Counted from the stretch's first letter, positions 49,194 through 59,259 are shown. The stretch: 64,000 nucleotides of DNA from Candidatus Woesearchaeota archaeon (GCA_016930415.1 JAFGGS010000016.1:1359-65358), one strand, 5' to 3'. Notes: a model not told the origin generated them from the letters alone. Translations and numbers: made by a program.

Positions 49194-49204
49194 GCAAATC
49201 TCAC

Positions 49205-50050
49205 CTACCTAGCTTTAAGGAGTTTCACCAAGGACATCGCGTACGACCTTGAAAACCCAATGAAAAACAACGTTATCAGGATTAATATCGGCCAGAAAAG
49301 CCAAATGATCTCAGCGAGGAATCCAGGAATCGCGATTGCAAGGTTGAAAAGCAGGATCACGACCGCTGCAAAGACCAGGAACCAGTGGATTCTCCTGAAA
49401 CTCAACCTGATCGTGTCACCAAACAGCTTGGACACCTTTGCCTTCTCATCATATTCAGACCTTAGGACAGCGTCTGAATAGAACAACAGCATTATTCCTG
49501 CCATGATGACGTACGTCGCGGCCTTCTCAGGCAGCGCTGCCATGATTATCAGGAAGAGCGCAAGCCACGAACAGGACCAGATTATGTTGACGAGGAAGAG
49601 CTTCTTGAAATACGAGAGTCTGGTCCTTGCGTTCTGCATGATAGCCCAAGACTTGCCATAGAAACCAGTCAATATGACAAGAAAAGCGACTGAAGCCGCT
49701 GCGAGCATGAAGAAGATAGACCATAAGGCTGACGTAATCTTTGGCTCTATCAGCGCGAACTCATCCTCATACCCTTGGACACCCATTAGCTTCATCTCGT
49801 TGATCCTCATCAGGTCAGGCATGACCTCGCTGTTTATGCGCCCGACAGCGAAATAGAACACTCCCATGAGCGCGATGAATGAGATAATGGCCAGTAGGTC
49901 AAAGAACGCCGCCCTCCAGAATACCATGGAACCAGCAGACTTCAAGCCAGCCATGAATGCTCCAGCCTGCTCCCTGAAAAAACCCATATGGCTACGGCTA
50001 ACCATCCTTTCTTTCGCATCCAGCTTCCTGGTCTTCTTACTCCGTCTCAT
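49205..50050 (-). CDS. Hypothetical multi-pass membrane protein
   Basis: About 6 TM segments; overlaps the upstream gene. Confidence 0.75.
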   Translation of the reverse strand: MRRSKKTRKLDAKERMVSRSHMGFFREQAGAFMAGLKSAGSMVFWRAAFFDLLAIISFIALMGVFYFAVGRINSEVMPDLMRINEMKLMGVQGYEDEFALIEPKITSALWSIFFMLAAASVAFLVILTGFYGKSWAIMQNARTRLSYFKKLFLVNIIWSCSWLALFLIIMAALPEKAATYVIMAGIMLLFYSDAVLRSEYDEKAKVSKLFGDTIRLSFRRIHWFLVFAAVVILLFNLAIAIPGFLAEIIWLFWPILILITLFFIGFSRSYAMSLVKLLKAR

Positions 50051-50693
50051 TCCTCAAACCTATCTCGTTCTCCATGATCAGGCTAGGATCATTGCTTCCA
50101 ACCATCCTGTACTCAAGCACGACCTTATCGTAATCATCTGTTATATACCTGACCTCGTAGCCGCTCGCACCGACCTGCTTGGTGGCCTCAAGGAAGGATC
50201 CTGTCACGTTGCCAGCCTTGCCTGCAAGGTATTCCTTATCGCTGCCCTTGCTCAGGTAGACTCTGTACTCCATGTCTGTGGTGTACGGCATTATGTACCA
50301 TGAAGCCTCGTAGTATGACGTGTTCCAATACAACGTCCTTATCGCTGAGACCGTGAGCGTGGTCGTGTAGATGTCTATGCGGTCATCGACGCTCCCAGAG
50401 CCCCTTACGTTCCTCACGTCAGTCGCGAGGTCAAGGAGGCAAACCTCCCGCTCCCAGTTCGCAAGGCCGAAGAAGGTGCCGTTGTACCAGTTGTAGATGT
50501 CAGCGTTGTCCTCAGGATCAAGATCATCCGAAGCAAAGGGATTCAAGCTGTTCCAGAAGTTCTGGAGCACGTTCCCCTGGGCCTCATCCCAGCTCTCGAA
50601 GATACCTGGCTTGTAATCATCCCTTGTAGCCGCCAGCGCAGAAGAGCAAAGCATGAGTATGCACAATCCTATAATCAAGGTTCTAGTTCGCAT
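50037..50693 (-). CDS. Hypothetical secreted protein
   Basis: Sec signal peptide MRTRTLIIGLCILMLCSSALA. Confidence 0.75.
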   Translation of the reverse strand: MRTRTLIIGLCILMLCSSALAATRDDYKPGIFESWDEAQGNVLQNFWNSLNPFASDDLDPEDNADIYNWYNGTFFGLANWEREVCLLDLATDVRNVRGSGSVDDRIDIYTTTLTVSAIRTLYWNTSYYEASWYIMPYTTDMEYRVYLSKGSDKEYLAGKAGNVTGSFLEATKQVGASGYEVRYITDDYDKVVLEYRMVGSNDPSLIMENEIGLRNETE

Positions 50694-53600
50694 AGTTCAC
50701 CCCTGAACAGAACTCTGCGCCGAGCGAGGAGATGTCTGTCGGAGACATGGATGTATACGCCGCGTTGTACAGGTTCTCCTTTACGCTTGTCAGTTCCTGG
50801 AGGCTCAAGAGCATGCCCATGACACCGCACGCCAGATTGCTGCCAACATTAAAGTAATCATCAATAGCCACTCGACCCCTTCTGTTATCCCCGCCAGCAC
50901 GCTGGTAATCATGGCACTTGAACGGAGGGACGAACATGTAAGTCACGACGGCCGCTATACCTATTATGTTGCTCATGAAAGCATCCTTGATCCCGTTAAT
51001 GAAATCACCGAAGTTGAAGCCTTCATCAAGCTTGTACCTCGCGCTCTCCACGTACATGCAATAAGTCATCTGGTACTCGAATTCGCAAGCCTCCAATGGG
51101 CCGCCTATCTTTGACATCTCATCGATGCACCCGAGCTTCTTGCAGAGCAGCTGCTTCTCCTTCTGGGAATTGAATATTATCGCAGGAATGCACAGCCTGT
51201 CATAATGCTTGCTCTTGTAAGGGTTGAATATCCAGCTACTATCAGAACCCATGAACGCGTCGACAGAGTCACGTAGCCTGATATTGGCATCCTCAAGGTT
51301 GGTATGGGATATGGGGTTCTTGGGAGTGAAACCTATCTCGTTGGACCGGGGGATAGTATAAGATTGTCCATTGTTGGAAGTTATCTGGATGTTATCGGCT
51401 CCCTGGACCCTCTGGACGCTTCCTGCAGGCGATGTTGAGGCAGTAGGAGTGACTCCAGTAACGTCATATATTGTCCCGTCTGCCGCTCTTACCGTAGCGA
51501 CAAGGCCAGACTCATCCCCTCTCACTGTTACTCCTCCAACAGTGTTAGAGTCCTGCGATGGGTTCGTAGGTTGGTTAGGCTGGTCCACGAGATAATGGTT
51601 CGCGACGCTCATGCCAATGTCGACCCAGGTGTTCATGTCATATATCTTGCAGTTATAGATCGTGCAGGTGTACTTCACGACGAAGCCGACGTCATTGGCG
51701 CCAGAAGGCCACCATCCTTGAGGCCAGAGATATTTCTCAACGCTGCCCTTGAAGCTTGAGGCAACCTTGGAATACGCAGTCCAGATGGCTTTTCCAGCAC
51801 CTTTGGTGTAAGGAATGTTGTATAGTATCAGGCTGATGCCGTAGATTATCGGCTGCAAGCCCTGGATGATGTTGTTTATCGCGCCAAGCTTCTCTGCCGT
51901 GTCGCAGATAGAGCCAAGGTATCTGTCATAGCCATTATACTTGTCGATCTTCTGGTCAAGCGCTCTTAGCTGCGCCTTGATATCCCTAACTTTCTTGTCG
52001 AGGCTAGCGTTGAGCGTGCCCAACGGCTGGTTGAACATCGTCAGGTTGGCCTTTATCGGCTCTACTTCAGGGTTGTTATACCTCACGTTGCCGTGCCTGA
52101 TCATGAACTCCTGAGAGCAGTTGACGTCCAGCCTGTCACCTATATCATCCCATTCCTGCACGTAGTGCAGAGATATCATCATGATAGGGGTCATGCTCTC
52201 GTCGTTTATCAGGTAAGCCTCTCTTGCGCCAGGGGTCTCTGAGCAGCTGACCTGGCTCCGCTCAAGGATGTACGTCTGGTCGTCGGCGAGAGTCATCTCG
52301 AGGCCAATAGGCACTTTCAGGTTAAAGCCGCTCTTGCTCGCCACCTTCCTGTCAATCCTGGGCATGGTTCCCCTCGGCAGGAAGGATCTGATGAAATCTG
52401 GCACTTCGTCTGACATCACGCATATGCTTACTGGGATGCTTTGCTTCACCTGATTCCCAGCAAGGTCTTCTAGAATCACTTCAAGGTTCGTGTTTATCTG
52501 CTTGTTCAGGAGCCCGCCGATGCTCAGGACGCAGTTGTACTTGCCCCCATCTTCCATCTGGCTGCAGGCAGACTCTGTCTCGTTCATCTCACTGATCTTC
52601 GAGGTGTCAGCCTTGATAACTAGCATCGGGCTTCCCTTCTCACTGGCATTCACAATGATCGTAAGGCTCTCTGAACTCGTAGGGCACTCAGGCTCCTGCA
52701 TGATCTCGCTCTCAAACTCAGGAGGGCTAGAGTCAAGCACAATCCTCGAAGTCGAGGTGCCTGAGATCGGGTTTCCAAGGTCATCCTCTCCCTTAAGAGA
52801 GAGCGAGGTGCCTCCTCTGACCGTCGCGTTGCAGACCCAAGTGCCTATGCACGCGCCTTTGGCGCCGTTGATCGAGACTAGGCTCTCGTTATAAGTGCTC
52901 TGGGCAGATATCTGGGCGATCACAGGATTGTTCCCTGGGTTCATGTAGCAAGTATCGCCTTGGCACCTCTCAGGTGGAGGAGTGATCGAGTTGACGCTTC
53001 CAGCGCTCATCACGACCGCGAAGCTGGGCGTGAGCATCATATTAGCCTTGCCGCCTGCCTCGTCATACACAGTCACGTTAACCCTGGGGCCTGCCTTTGC
53101 AGCCCGAAGGCCGACGCCCTCGACGATGCACAAGAACATCTTCTCATCTATCTCTTCGCAAGCGCTGGACTCGACAATGACCGGCTCGAACGAGGATGAG
53201 GAGCTGTAAGTCTTGAACTGGGCAAGTTTGTCAAGAGTGGTGTTGCCGCTGCTAGAGTCCTCGTCTCCTGAATCAACTGTCGGCTCAGTAGCGTTGCTTG
53301 TCACATTGCCATCCTCTCCTCCGAGGCTGGCAGTCTCTGCGCCTATCTCTGCGATGTCAGCGACCAAGCGGTTGACCGGAAACGCGCTATTATACTTTAT
53401 CTCGAAGTAAAGATCCGCAGGGAGGAGCCTTGAAGCGTTAGGCCCTCCTATCATGGTGATGTTCTCGAGGCCCCCTGGCTTCATGGCGAAGATCCTCGAG
53501 GTCATGGTCGGAGGAGTGACTGTTATAGGAAGGGTTGTCGAGAGGTTTGCGACGTTGCCAGCCACGTCCCGCACAAAGAAGGTCACTTTGCTGTTGGACT

Positions 53601-54516
53601 TCTCGAGCTTGATAGGAGTATTGGAATACTTGCAAAGAAAGGTCTGGTTGGAGTCAGGGTTGCAGTGCGAGCCCTTGAACTCCTTGCTCCCGTTGACAGC
53701 CGACAAGTCGACCCAAATGTCATTGTTCATGGCCTCCTCAGTGACAGTTATCACCAGGTCGACGGTTACGCTCGCGTTCGGCGGGAGGTTCTTGACTTCC
53801 TGGTCAGTGCCTGCCCTGTAGACCAATACCTTAGAGCCTATCTTAGGCGGGATGGACTCGACAAAGAACGGAGGTCCAGAGTAAGACTTCGTTGTCTTGA
53901 GGCCAGCGTAGTCCTCCACGATAATAGCAGATGAATTGATATTCCCCTTGATATTCGGGACCGTGCCCGTCACGGTGCTGTTCACCAAGCACACGCCAGG
54001 CGGGTGACTGACAGAAGTCGAAGGCTTGCCATCAAGTATTATCTGGACGCTCTTGATGCCAGAACACTTCTTAGGAGCCTCCTCGTTGGCCTCGTCTTTT
54101 ATGCTGTAGACCGCGCTAACGCCCCAGCCAGCGTTCTCAAAAGTCACCTTGGTGATGGACGGCGGGATCTCGTCAAGATAAGCGCTCAGGTACTTTGTGT
54201 CAAGCGACCCTTGCTCCCGCACGACAGAGTCGTGCTGGATCGAGACGTTCTTCACATCCTCTGAATACGTGCAAGTCACAGGGATGCTGCTGTCACACTT
54301 CATAGGCCTGAAGAAGCCAGTGTCATTGAAGTCGACAGTGACCGGCAACAGGCTAGTGGTTGTTATGGTGACTGTATCATTTGCCTTGATAGAGCCTGGC
54401 GCCTTATCCTTCCCTTCAATAGTTGCAGTGTATATCTCGGAGTTGACAAAAGGGAATATGCTCAAGGAGATTATCAAGTATATCATGAAGATAGATATCT
54501 GTTTATGCAATCCCAC
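50683..54516 (-). CDS. Very large secreted protein (1277 aa): Ig-like array, coiled coil, amphipathic/hydrophobic hairpins, Cys-rich C-domain
   Basis: Signal peptide; repeated D...P.I / D.AGN Ig motifs; many paired Cys. Confidence 0.8.
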   Translation of the reverse strand: MGLHKQISIFMIYLIISLSIFPFVNSEIYTATIEGKDKAPGSIKANDTVTITTTSLLPVTVDFNDTGFFRPMKCDSSIPVTCTYSEDVKNVSIQHDSVVREQGSLDTKYLSAYLDEIPPSITKVTFENAGWGVSAVYSIKDEANEEAPKKCSGIKSVQIILDGKPSTSVSHPPGVCLVNSTVTGTVPNIKGNINSSAIIVEDYAGLKTTKSYSGPPFFVESIPPKIGSKVLVYRAGTDQEVKNLPPNASVTVDLVITVTEEAMNNDIWVDLSAVNGSKEFKGSHCNPDSNQTFLCKYSNTPIKLEKSNSKVTFFVRDVAGNVANLSTTLPITVTPPTMTSRIFAMKPGGLENITMIGGPNASRLLPADLYFEIKYNSAFPVNRLVADIAEIGAETASLGGEDGNVTSNATEPTVDSGDEDSSSGNTTLDKLAQFKTYSSSSSFEPVIVESSACEEIDEKMFLCIVEGVGLRAAKAGPRVNVTVYDEAGGKANMMLTPSFAVVMSAGSVNSITPPPERCQGDTCYMNPGNNPVIAQISAQSTYNESLVSINGAKGACIGTWVCNATVRGGTSLSLKGEDDLGNPISGTSTSRIVLDSSPPEFESEIMQEPECPTSSESLTIIVNASEKGSPMLVIKADTSKISEMNETESACSQMEDGGKYNCVLSIGGLLNKQINTNLEVILEDLAGNQVKQSIPVSICVMSDEVPDFIRSFLPRGTMPRIDRKVASKSGFNLKVPIGLEMTLADDQTYILERSQVSCSETPGAREAYLINDESMTPIMMISLHYVQEWDDIGDRLDVNCSQEFMIRHGNVRYNNPEVEPIKANLTMFNQPLGTLNASLDKKVRDIKAQLRALDQKIDKYNGYDRYLGSICDTAEKLGAINNIIQGLQPIIYGISLILYNIPYTKGAGKAIWTAYSKVASSFKGSVEKYLWPQGWWPSGANDVGFVVKYTCTIYNCKIYDMNTWVDIGMSVANHYLVDQPNQPTNPSQDSNTVGGVTVRGDESGLVATVRAADGTIYDVTGVTPTASTSPAGSVQRVQGADNIQITSNNGQSYTIPRSNEIGFTPKNPISHTNLEDANIRLRDSVDAFMGSDSSWIFNPYKSKHYDRLCIPAIIFNSQKEKQLLCKKLGCIDEMSKIGGPLEACEFEYQMTYCMYVESARYKLDEGFNFGDFINGIKDAFMSNIIGIAAVVTYMFVPPFKCHDYQRAGGDNRRGRVAIDDYFNVGSNLACGVMGMLLSLQELTSVKENLYNAAYTSMSPTDISSLGAEFCSGVNYAN

Positions 54517-54602
54517 TGTCAGTTGCTCACCCTCTTTCCAGCCTCTTTTGAAAAATAGTATATAAATGTTGCGATTTTCATAGAATTCTCAAAATCTTCA
54601 TG

Positions 54603-55122
54603 TCAAGCTTTCTTGCGCCCTCTTGGTCTTTTCATCTTCTTGCTCTCAACAGCGCTCTCACTTACAGCATTACCAAGGCGTCTCTCACGGTCCTTCTCAA
54701 GCTCAGATATCCTCCTCTTGAGTTCGACCATATGAACCTCCCTTCCGACCGCCATCTTGTTGAACTGCTCAAGTTCCATATTCCTCTTCTTCAACTCAGC
54801 AGTCTTCTCTTTCACCTTCTCCTCTAAGGTCTGGCTGTACTCCTCGATCTTCGTCTTCTGGGACTTAATGGCTTCAGTTATCTGATTGAACGTCTCAGAG
54901 AGCTCTCCAATCTCATCCTGCGAGCTGGTAATCACCCTTCTTGCTCCATTCGACAGCAGCGTCTGCCTCAAAAGGATACTTAGAAGAGACCTGCTTCTCC
55001 TGCGGGACAAGCTTTGGAGTGGTCTCGCTCGGAGAGCAACCCGAGAGCCAGAAAGCCAGACCAAGCAAAGTTATTGAAAAGAATATTACAGCCAATAGAC
55101 TCTTGCGATTCCTGCATCCCAT
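54603..55122 (-). pseudogene. Disrupted or chimeric gene: lipoprotein-like 5' part (55122-54913) joined out of frame to a HAMP + coiled-coil 3' part (about 54935-54603)
   Basis: Frame A has RBS, n-region, h-region and LSGC, then stops after 69 aa. Frame B has VITSSQDEIGELSETFNQ..LEEKVKEKTAEL..FNKMAVGRE.HMVELK but no proper start. Confidence 0.6.
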
Positions 55123-55269
55123 TAAAAAACCTCTTTTTATGCCTCAGCACAGCCTTTGGAAATAGATTCCCGTGACTTTTTCCCATCCATTGCCAGAAGA
55201 GCATACCTTTTTTTTTGAATTAGTCCAATCCAGAATATCAAAGAGAGATAATCATGAATTAGAGAAGAA

Positions 55270-57453
55270 CTACCTTATCTTTCCTTCAATTCCTTTCTCA
55301 ACAAAGACCTCTTCTGCGCCGCACAAGAGCCGGGTTCCTTCGCAGAAAGCCTTGCCGCCCTTGCCCTCAAGCTTTACAGTGATGAAGTCATCGATGGATA
55401 TCACGCCATTGTTCGGCTCAATGCCTTCTATCACCACCTGGCATCCAGGAGCAGAAGACTTGACACTCAAGAGTCCCAGGTTGTTCTTCTCATCAGAACA
55501 GGCAAGGAGCATTCCCTCGCTGACCTCGCCACGGAGCTTTGCAGGCTTAAGGTTAGAGACTATGATCAACTTCTTGCCAGGCAGCTCGTCTATATTATAA
55601 TATGCGCGGATGCCAGCCACTATCTGGCGCTCCTCAGACCCGAGGTCGAGCTTGAGCACGACCAGCTTGTCAGCCTGGGGATGGGCTTTTGCCTCTTTTA
55701 TCTGCGCGACCTTCAGGTTCAGCAAGGCAGCGCCGGACTTCTTAGCCTGACCCTCATTCTTCCCATCCGCGTCCTTTGGACTGTCTTTGTCTTTCTTAGC
55801 GCCAAACCGCTCCTTAAGCTTTACCTTATCCTCATCGAGCAGCTTATTGAAAAGCACCTCTGGCTTGCCGATGTGATGACCCTTCTCGACACTATGCCTT
55901 CCTAAGTCATCCCAACCCTTCTTCTCGATCGCGAGCTGCTTGAATATGCTCTCGCCAGTCTTAGGGAGGAAAGGCTCAATAAGAATTCCTAAATCCTTCA
56001 CGATATTAGCGAGGACGAAGAGGCTGCTGCTTGCCTTCTTGCGATCCTCCTTCACAGCCCTCCAAGGCTCAGAGTCCTGGAAGTACTTGTTGCCGGCGGC
56101 AGAGAACAGCATTATCTCGCGAAGCGCATCCTTAAGCTTGACCTTCTGGAGCAAGTGCGTGACGTTCTCATGCATAGGCCTCATCTCGTCAAGAAGAGAC
56201 TTTTCAGCAGGGCCGACATCGCCCGCAGGTATCTCGCCGTCAAAATACTTATCAAGGAAGACAAGCGTCCTGTTGACAAGGTTTCCAAGGTTGCCGATGA
56301 GCTCAGAGTTGAGTTTCTCCTGGAAGTCATCCCAGCTAAAGACAGTGTCAGACCGCTCAGGCCTGTTGATCAAGAGATAATACCTGAACGAGTCAGCGGG
56401 AAGGCCTGTCTTCATGGCGTCATCGCCAAAGACACCCGTGCCGCGGCTCTTGCTGAACTTCGAATCCTCATAGTTCAAGAACTCAGTCGTGCTCATGTGA
56501 TTCACAAAAGTGTACTTATCCCTCGTGCCCATCAAGGTGCCTGGGAAAAGGATCGTGTGGAAAGGCACGTTGTCCTTGCCCATGAACTGGTAAAGCGACA
56601 CACCCTCAGGATTCATCCACCAATTCTTCCAATCATCGAACTTATTGGCGGTTATGCTGATGTAACCGATAGGAGCATCGAACCACACATAGAATACCAT
56701 CTGCTCAAAGCCCTTGAGAGGGATTGGGATTCCCCACTTGAGCTGCCTTGAGATGCAACGCTTCTTCAAGCCCTCCTTAAGCCAGGCCTTGGTGTACTGG
56801 ATGGTGTTATCGCTCCACTCACCCTTTTTGCTGGCCTTCTCGACCCACTCCTCAATCTGGGGCTGGAGCTTTGCAAGATCCAAGAACAAATGCTTGGTGC
56901 TCTTCTTGACAGGCGTAGCACCGCAGACCTTGCACCTGGGAGCTTTTAGCTCGAAAGGATTAAGCATGTGGCCGCACTTGTCGCACTGGTCACCCCTTGC
57001 GCCGTCGTATCCGCAGTGAGGGCATATGCCTTCCACAAACCTGTCAGCAAGGCTCTTTGCGCATTTCTCACAATAAAGCTCCTCCAGGAAGTCCTCAATG
57101 ATGTACCCGTTGGCCTTGAGCTTCAGGAATATCTCCTGGGTGATCCGCTTCTGAGCCTCTGTGCTAGTCCTGCCGAAGGCATCGAAACTGCAGCCAAACC
57201 ACTCATATATCTCCTTGTGGACCGCATAGTACTTGTCGCACACCTCCTTAGGAGTCAAGCCCTCCTCCAAGGCCTTGACCTCTGTAGTCGTGCCGTGCTC
57301 GTCAGTGCCGCAGACAAACCTCGTCTGGAGCCCTTTGCTCCTGCAAAACCTGGCAAAGACGTCAGCGGAGAGCACGCAGCCTATGATGTTGCCCAGGTGA
57401 GGCACCGCGTTCACGTAAGGAAGCGCGCTCGTGATAAGCATCTTCTTAGCCAT
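55270..57453 (-). CDS. metG: Methionine--tRNA ligase with C-terminal tRNA-binding (Trbp111-like) domain
   Basis: TSALPYVN.VPHLGN (HIGH), GTDEHG, Zn knuckles, YVWFDAPIGY, KFSKS, RGEVSEGMLLA. Confidence 0.98.
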   Translation of the reverse strand: MAKKMLITSALPYVNAVPHLGNIIGCVLSADVFARFCRSKGLQTRFVCGTDEHGTTTEVKALEEGLTPKEVCDKYYAVHKEIYEWFGCSFDAFGRTSTEAQKRITQEIFLKLKANGYIIEDFLEELYCEKCAKSLADRFVEGICPHCGYDGARGDQCDKCGHMLNPFELKAPRCKVCGATPVKKSTKHLFLDLAKLQPQIEEWVEKASKKGEWSDNTIQYTKAWLKEGLKKRCISRQLKWGIPIPLKGFEQMVFYVWFDAPIGYISITANKFDDWKNWWMNPEGVSLYQFMGKDNVPFHTILFPGTLMGTRDKYTFVNHMSTTEFLNYEDSKFSKSRGTGVFGDDAMKTGLPADSFRYYLLINRPERSDTVFSWDDFQEKLNSELIGNLGNLVNRTLVFLDKYFDGEIPAGDVGPAEKSLLDEMRPMHENVTHLLQKVKLKDALREIMLFSAAGNKYFQDSEPWRAVKEDRKKASSSLFVLANIVKDLGILIEPFLPKTGESIFKQLAIEKKGWDDLGRHSVEKGHHIGKPEVLFNKLLDEDKVKLKERFGAKKDKDSPKDADGKNEGQAKKSGAALLNLKVAQIKEAKAHPQADKLVVLKLDLGSEERQIVAGIRAYYNIDELPGKKLIIVSNLKPAKLRGEVSEGMLLACSDEKNNLGLLSVKSSAPGCQVVIEGIEPNNGVISIDDFITVKLEGKGGKAFCEGTRLLCGAEEVFVEKGIEGKIR

Positions 57454-57546
57454 GAAGATGAAGAAGCGAAGAAGGTATTTAAATTGTTTGCTAAAATAAT
57501 CATCAACATCACCAGTTATATAAAAGACAAGCGATTCCTGGCTGTC

Positions 57547-57981
57547 ATGAGCAGCGTATTCCTTTCATACAGGTTCACAGGAGAGAATAAAAGCAGGCTA
57601 GAACGGGTCCTTGGGAGCATAAGAGGCGCGCTTGAAAGCGCAGGGAACGACGTGTTCTGCACCTTCTGGATGGAGGAGTTCTTCAAGAAGCAGGGATTTT
57701 CAGCAGACGACATATACAATTATGCGCTTCAAGAGATGAAGAACAATGACCTGTTCCTATTGTTCATCAAGTCGAGCCACCCAAGCAAAGGGATGATGCT
57801 CGAGTCGCAGAGAGCAGTAGATCTTGGAATGAGATATGTCATCACCATAAGGAACAGTATACCAATCCCTGAATACGCGAGAGACTTGAAGAAGGAAGTG
57901 ATCCGCTACGAGAGCTTCAAGGCGCTCGAGCAGAAACTTAAAGGATACGACTGGAAACGCTCTGCGGGCGCAAAAGCTTAA
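57547..57981 (+). CDS. Nucleoside 2-deoxyribosyltransferase-like protein
   Basis: VFLSYRFTG, D....FI....SKGM.LE pattern; the upstream part of the ORF-track frame (from 56968) is only an antisense shadow of metG. Confidence 0.6.
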   Translation: MSSVFLSYRFTGENKSRLERVLGSIRGALESAGNDVFCTFWMEEFFKKQGFSADDIYNYALQEMKNNDLFLLFIKSSHPSKGMMLESQRAVDLGMRYVITIRNSIPIPEYARDLKKEVIRYESFKALEQKLKGYDWKRSAGAKA

Positions 57982-57989
57982 CCAAGGGT

Positions 57990-58268
57990 TTAACCAAGGC
58001 CGAACGAGTCCACGAAATCCACTATGACCTTATATTTGTTCAGGTACTGGAATCCCTTGTCAGTCAAGGAATAAGTCTTCTTGCCATCCTTTGACCTCTT
58101 GACGATTATGAATCCGTTGCCTATGAGATTTGTCATATAATCGTCAAGCATCTGATGTGAAAGGTTCGACTTGTAGAGTACGTGAGTCGGCTTAATCCTG
58201 CCGTTCTTCTCCCTTATCGCCCATAGTATGTCGTGAATTATCTGCAACCTATCCCTTTTCTTGTTCAT
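57990..58268 (-). CDS. Archaeal winged-HTH DNA-binding protein
   Basis: KRDRLQIIHDIL, THVLYKSNLS, YSLTDKG. Confidence 0.85.
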   Translation of the reverse strand: MNKKRDRLQIIHDILWAIREKNGRIKPTHVLYKSNLSHQMLDDYMTNLIGNGFIIVKRSKDGKKTYSLTDKGFQYLNKYKVIVDFVDSFGLG

Positions 58269-58926
58269 GCTTCCAGACCATCACCAAGTTTATGAGTATC
58301 AATGTGTATGCGACTAGCGCCGCCAGATGCCCGATCACGTATTCCACACTGTGGACCAGGGATAACGTGAAATGCACGCTCCCAAAGAGGAGGAGAAGGA
58401 ATGCCAAGAAAACTATGAACGTCTGCACCCTCTTGTGGAGCAGGAAGTTCAGCAGGTAATGCAAGGCCGTGAACGCCAGCAATACCATCGATAGGATGTA
58501 AAAAGCGTATAGGCGACTGCTGCTAAGCCAGACTGCCACCATGAGAAGAGCCAGTGTGAGCACGTAGAGACGCCAGTTCCTGGAATTAAGGGTCATGTAC
58601 GTAAGCATCGCCAATCCCGAAAGGAAGAGGATCATGTGAGTCCACACCCCCATGCCATTAACCTGGGTGATTGTCACGAGCTCTATCACGTTATCAATGG
58701 CTTCGTTTATCTCTGTAAGAATGAACAGGTTCAGCACGGCCTGGACTAAGTAGGATAAGCTTATCAGCAGGAACCCCGCGCCAAAAAGCCTTGCCTGAGG
58801 TTGCCCGGAGATCGAGTAGACCTTGAAAGCCATGATGCTGGCAAGAAGGGTTATCGCCGCGAAGGTGAACTCCAAAAAGACGTCGTAGCCCAGGAACCAG
58901 TTTGGGACCAAAAAGACCGTGTGCAT
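58249..58926 (-). CDS. Seven-TM membrane protein (possible sensor)
   Basis: About 7 TM helices; 20-nt overlap with the wHTH gene. Confidence 0.75.
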   Translation of the reverse strand: MHTVFLVPNWFLGYDVFLEFTFAAITLLASIMAFKVYSISGQPQARLFGAGFLLISLSYLVQAVLNLFILTEINEAIDNVIELVTITQVNGMGVWTHMILFLSGLAMLTYMTLNSRNWRLYVLTLALLMVAVWLSSSRLYAFYILSMVLLAFTALHYLLNFLLHKRVQTFIVFLAFLLLLFGSVHFTLSLVHSVEYVIGHLAALVAYTLILINLVMVWKHEQEKG

Positions 58927-59103
58927 ATCATGCGGTGATGACCAAACGCATTTTTAAAGTTTATGGAGCGCGAGTCATGATTTGAATTCTGGATTTCCCC
59001 TTAATAACCCATTAATAAAGGCCTGATAATGATATTGATGCGATCAGCGCCTCTCCGTCGCAGAAGGCGCGGACGTAAGAAATAAACTGGGAGGTGATTT
59101 GGG

Positions 59104-59259
59104 ATGCGAACGGCAAATCAAGTGGAAGAGGAACTGATGATGAAAGCCCAGAGGATAATGTTCTGGGAAACTTTCGGGAGGCTGCCAAAGGAAGGAGAAC
59201 TTCAGAGTATCCAAGTGATGGACCTTGTTGATGAGCAGCCGCTGGAGATGATGATATGA
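59104..59259 (+). CDS. Small protein (51 aa; not in ORF track)
   Basis: Perfect GGAGGTGA RBS at about 59090; MRTANQVEEELMMKAQRIMFWETFGRLPKEGELQSIQVMDLVDEQPLEMMI. Confidence 0.6.
   Translation: MRTANQVEEELMMKAQRIMFWETFGRLPKEGELQSIQVMDLVDEQPLEMMI

Noticed and set aside
56968-57546. N-terminal 193 codons of the 337-aa ORF 56968-57981
   Set aside because: Overlaps metG antisense; only the part from ATG 57547 looks like a real gene.
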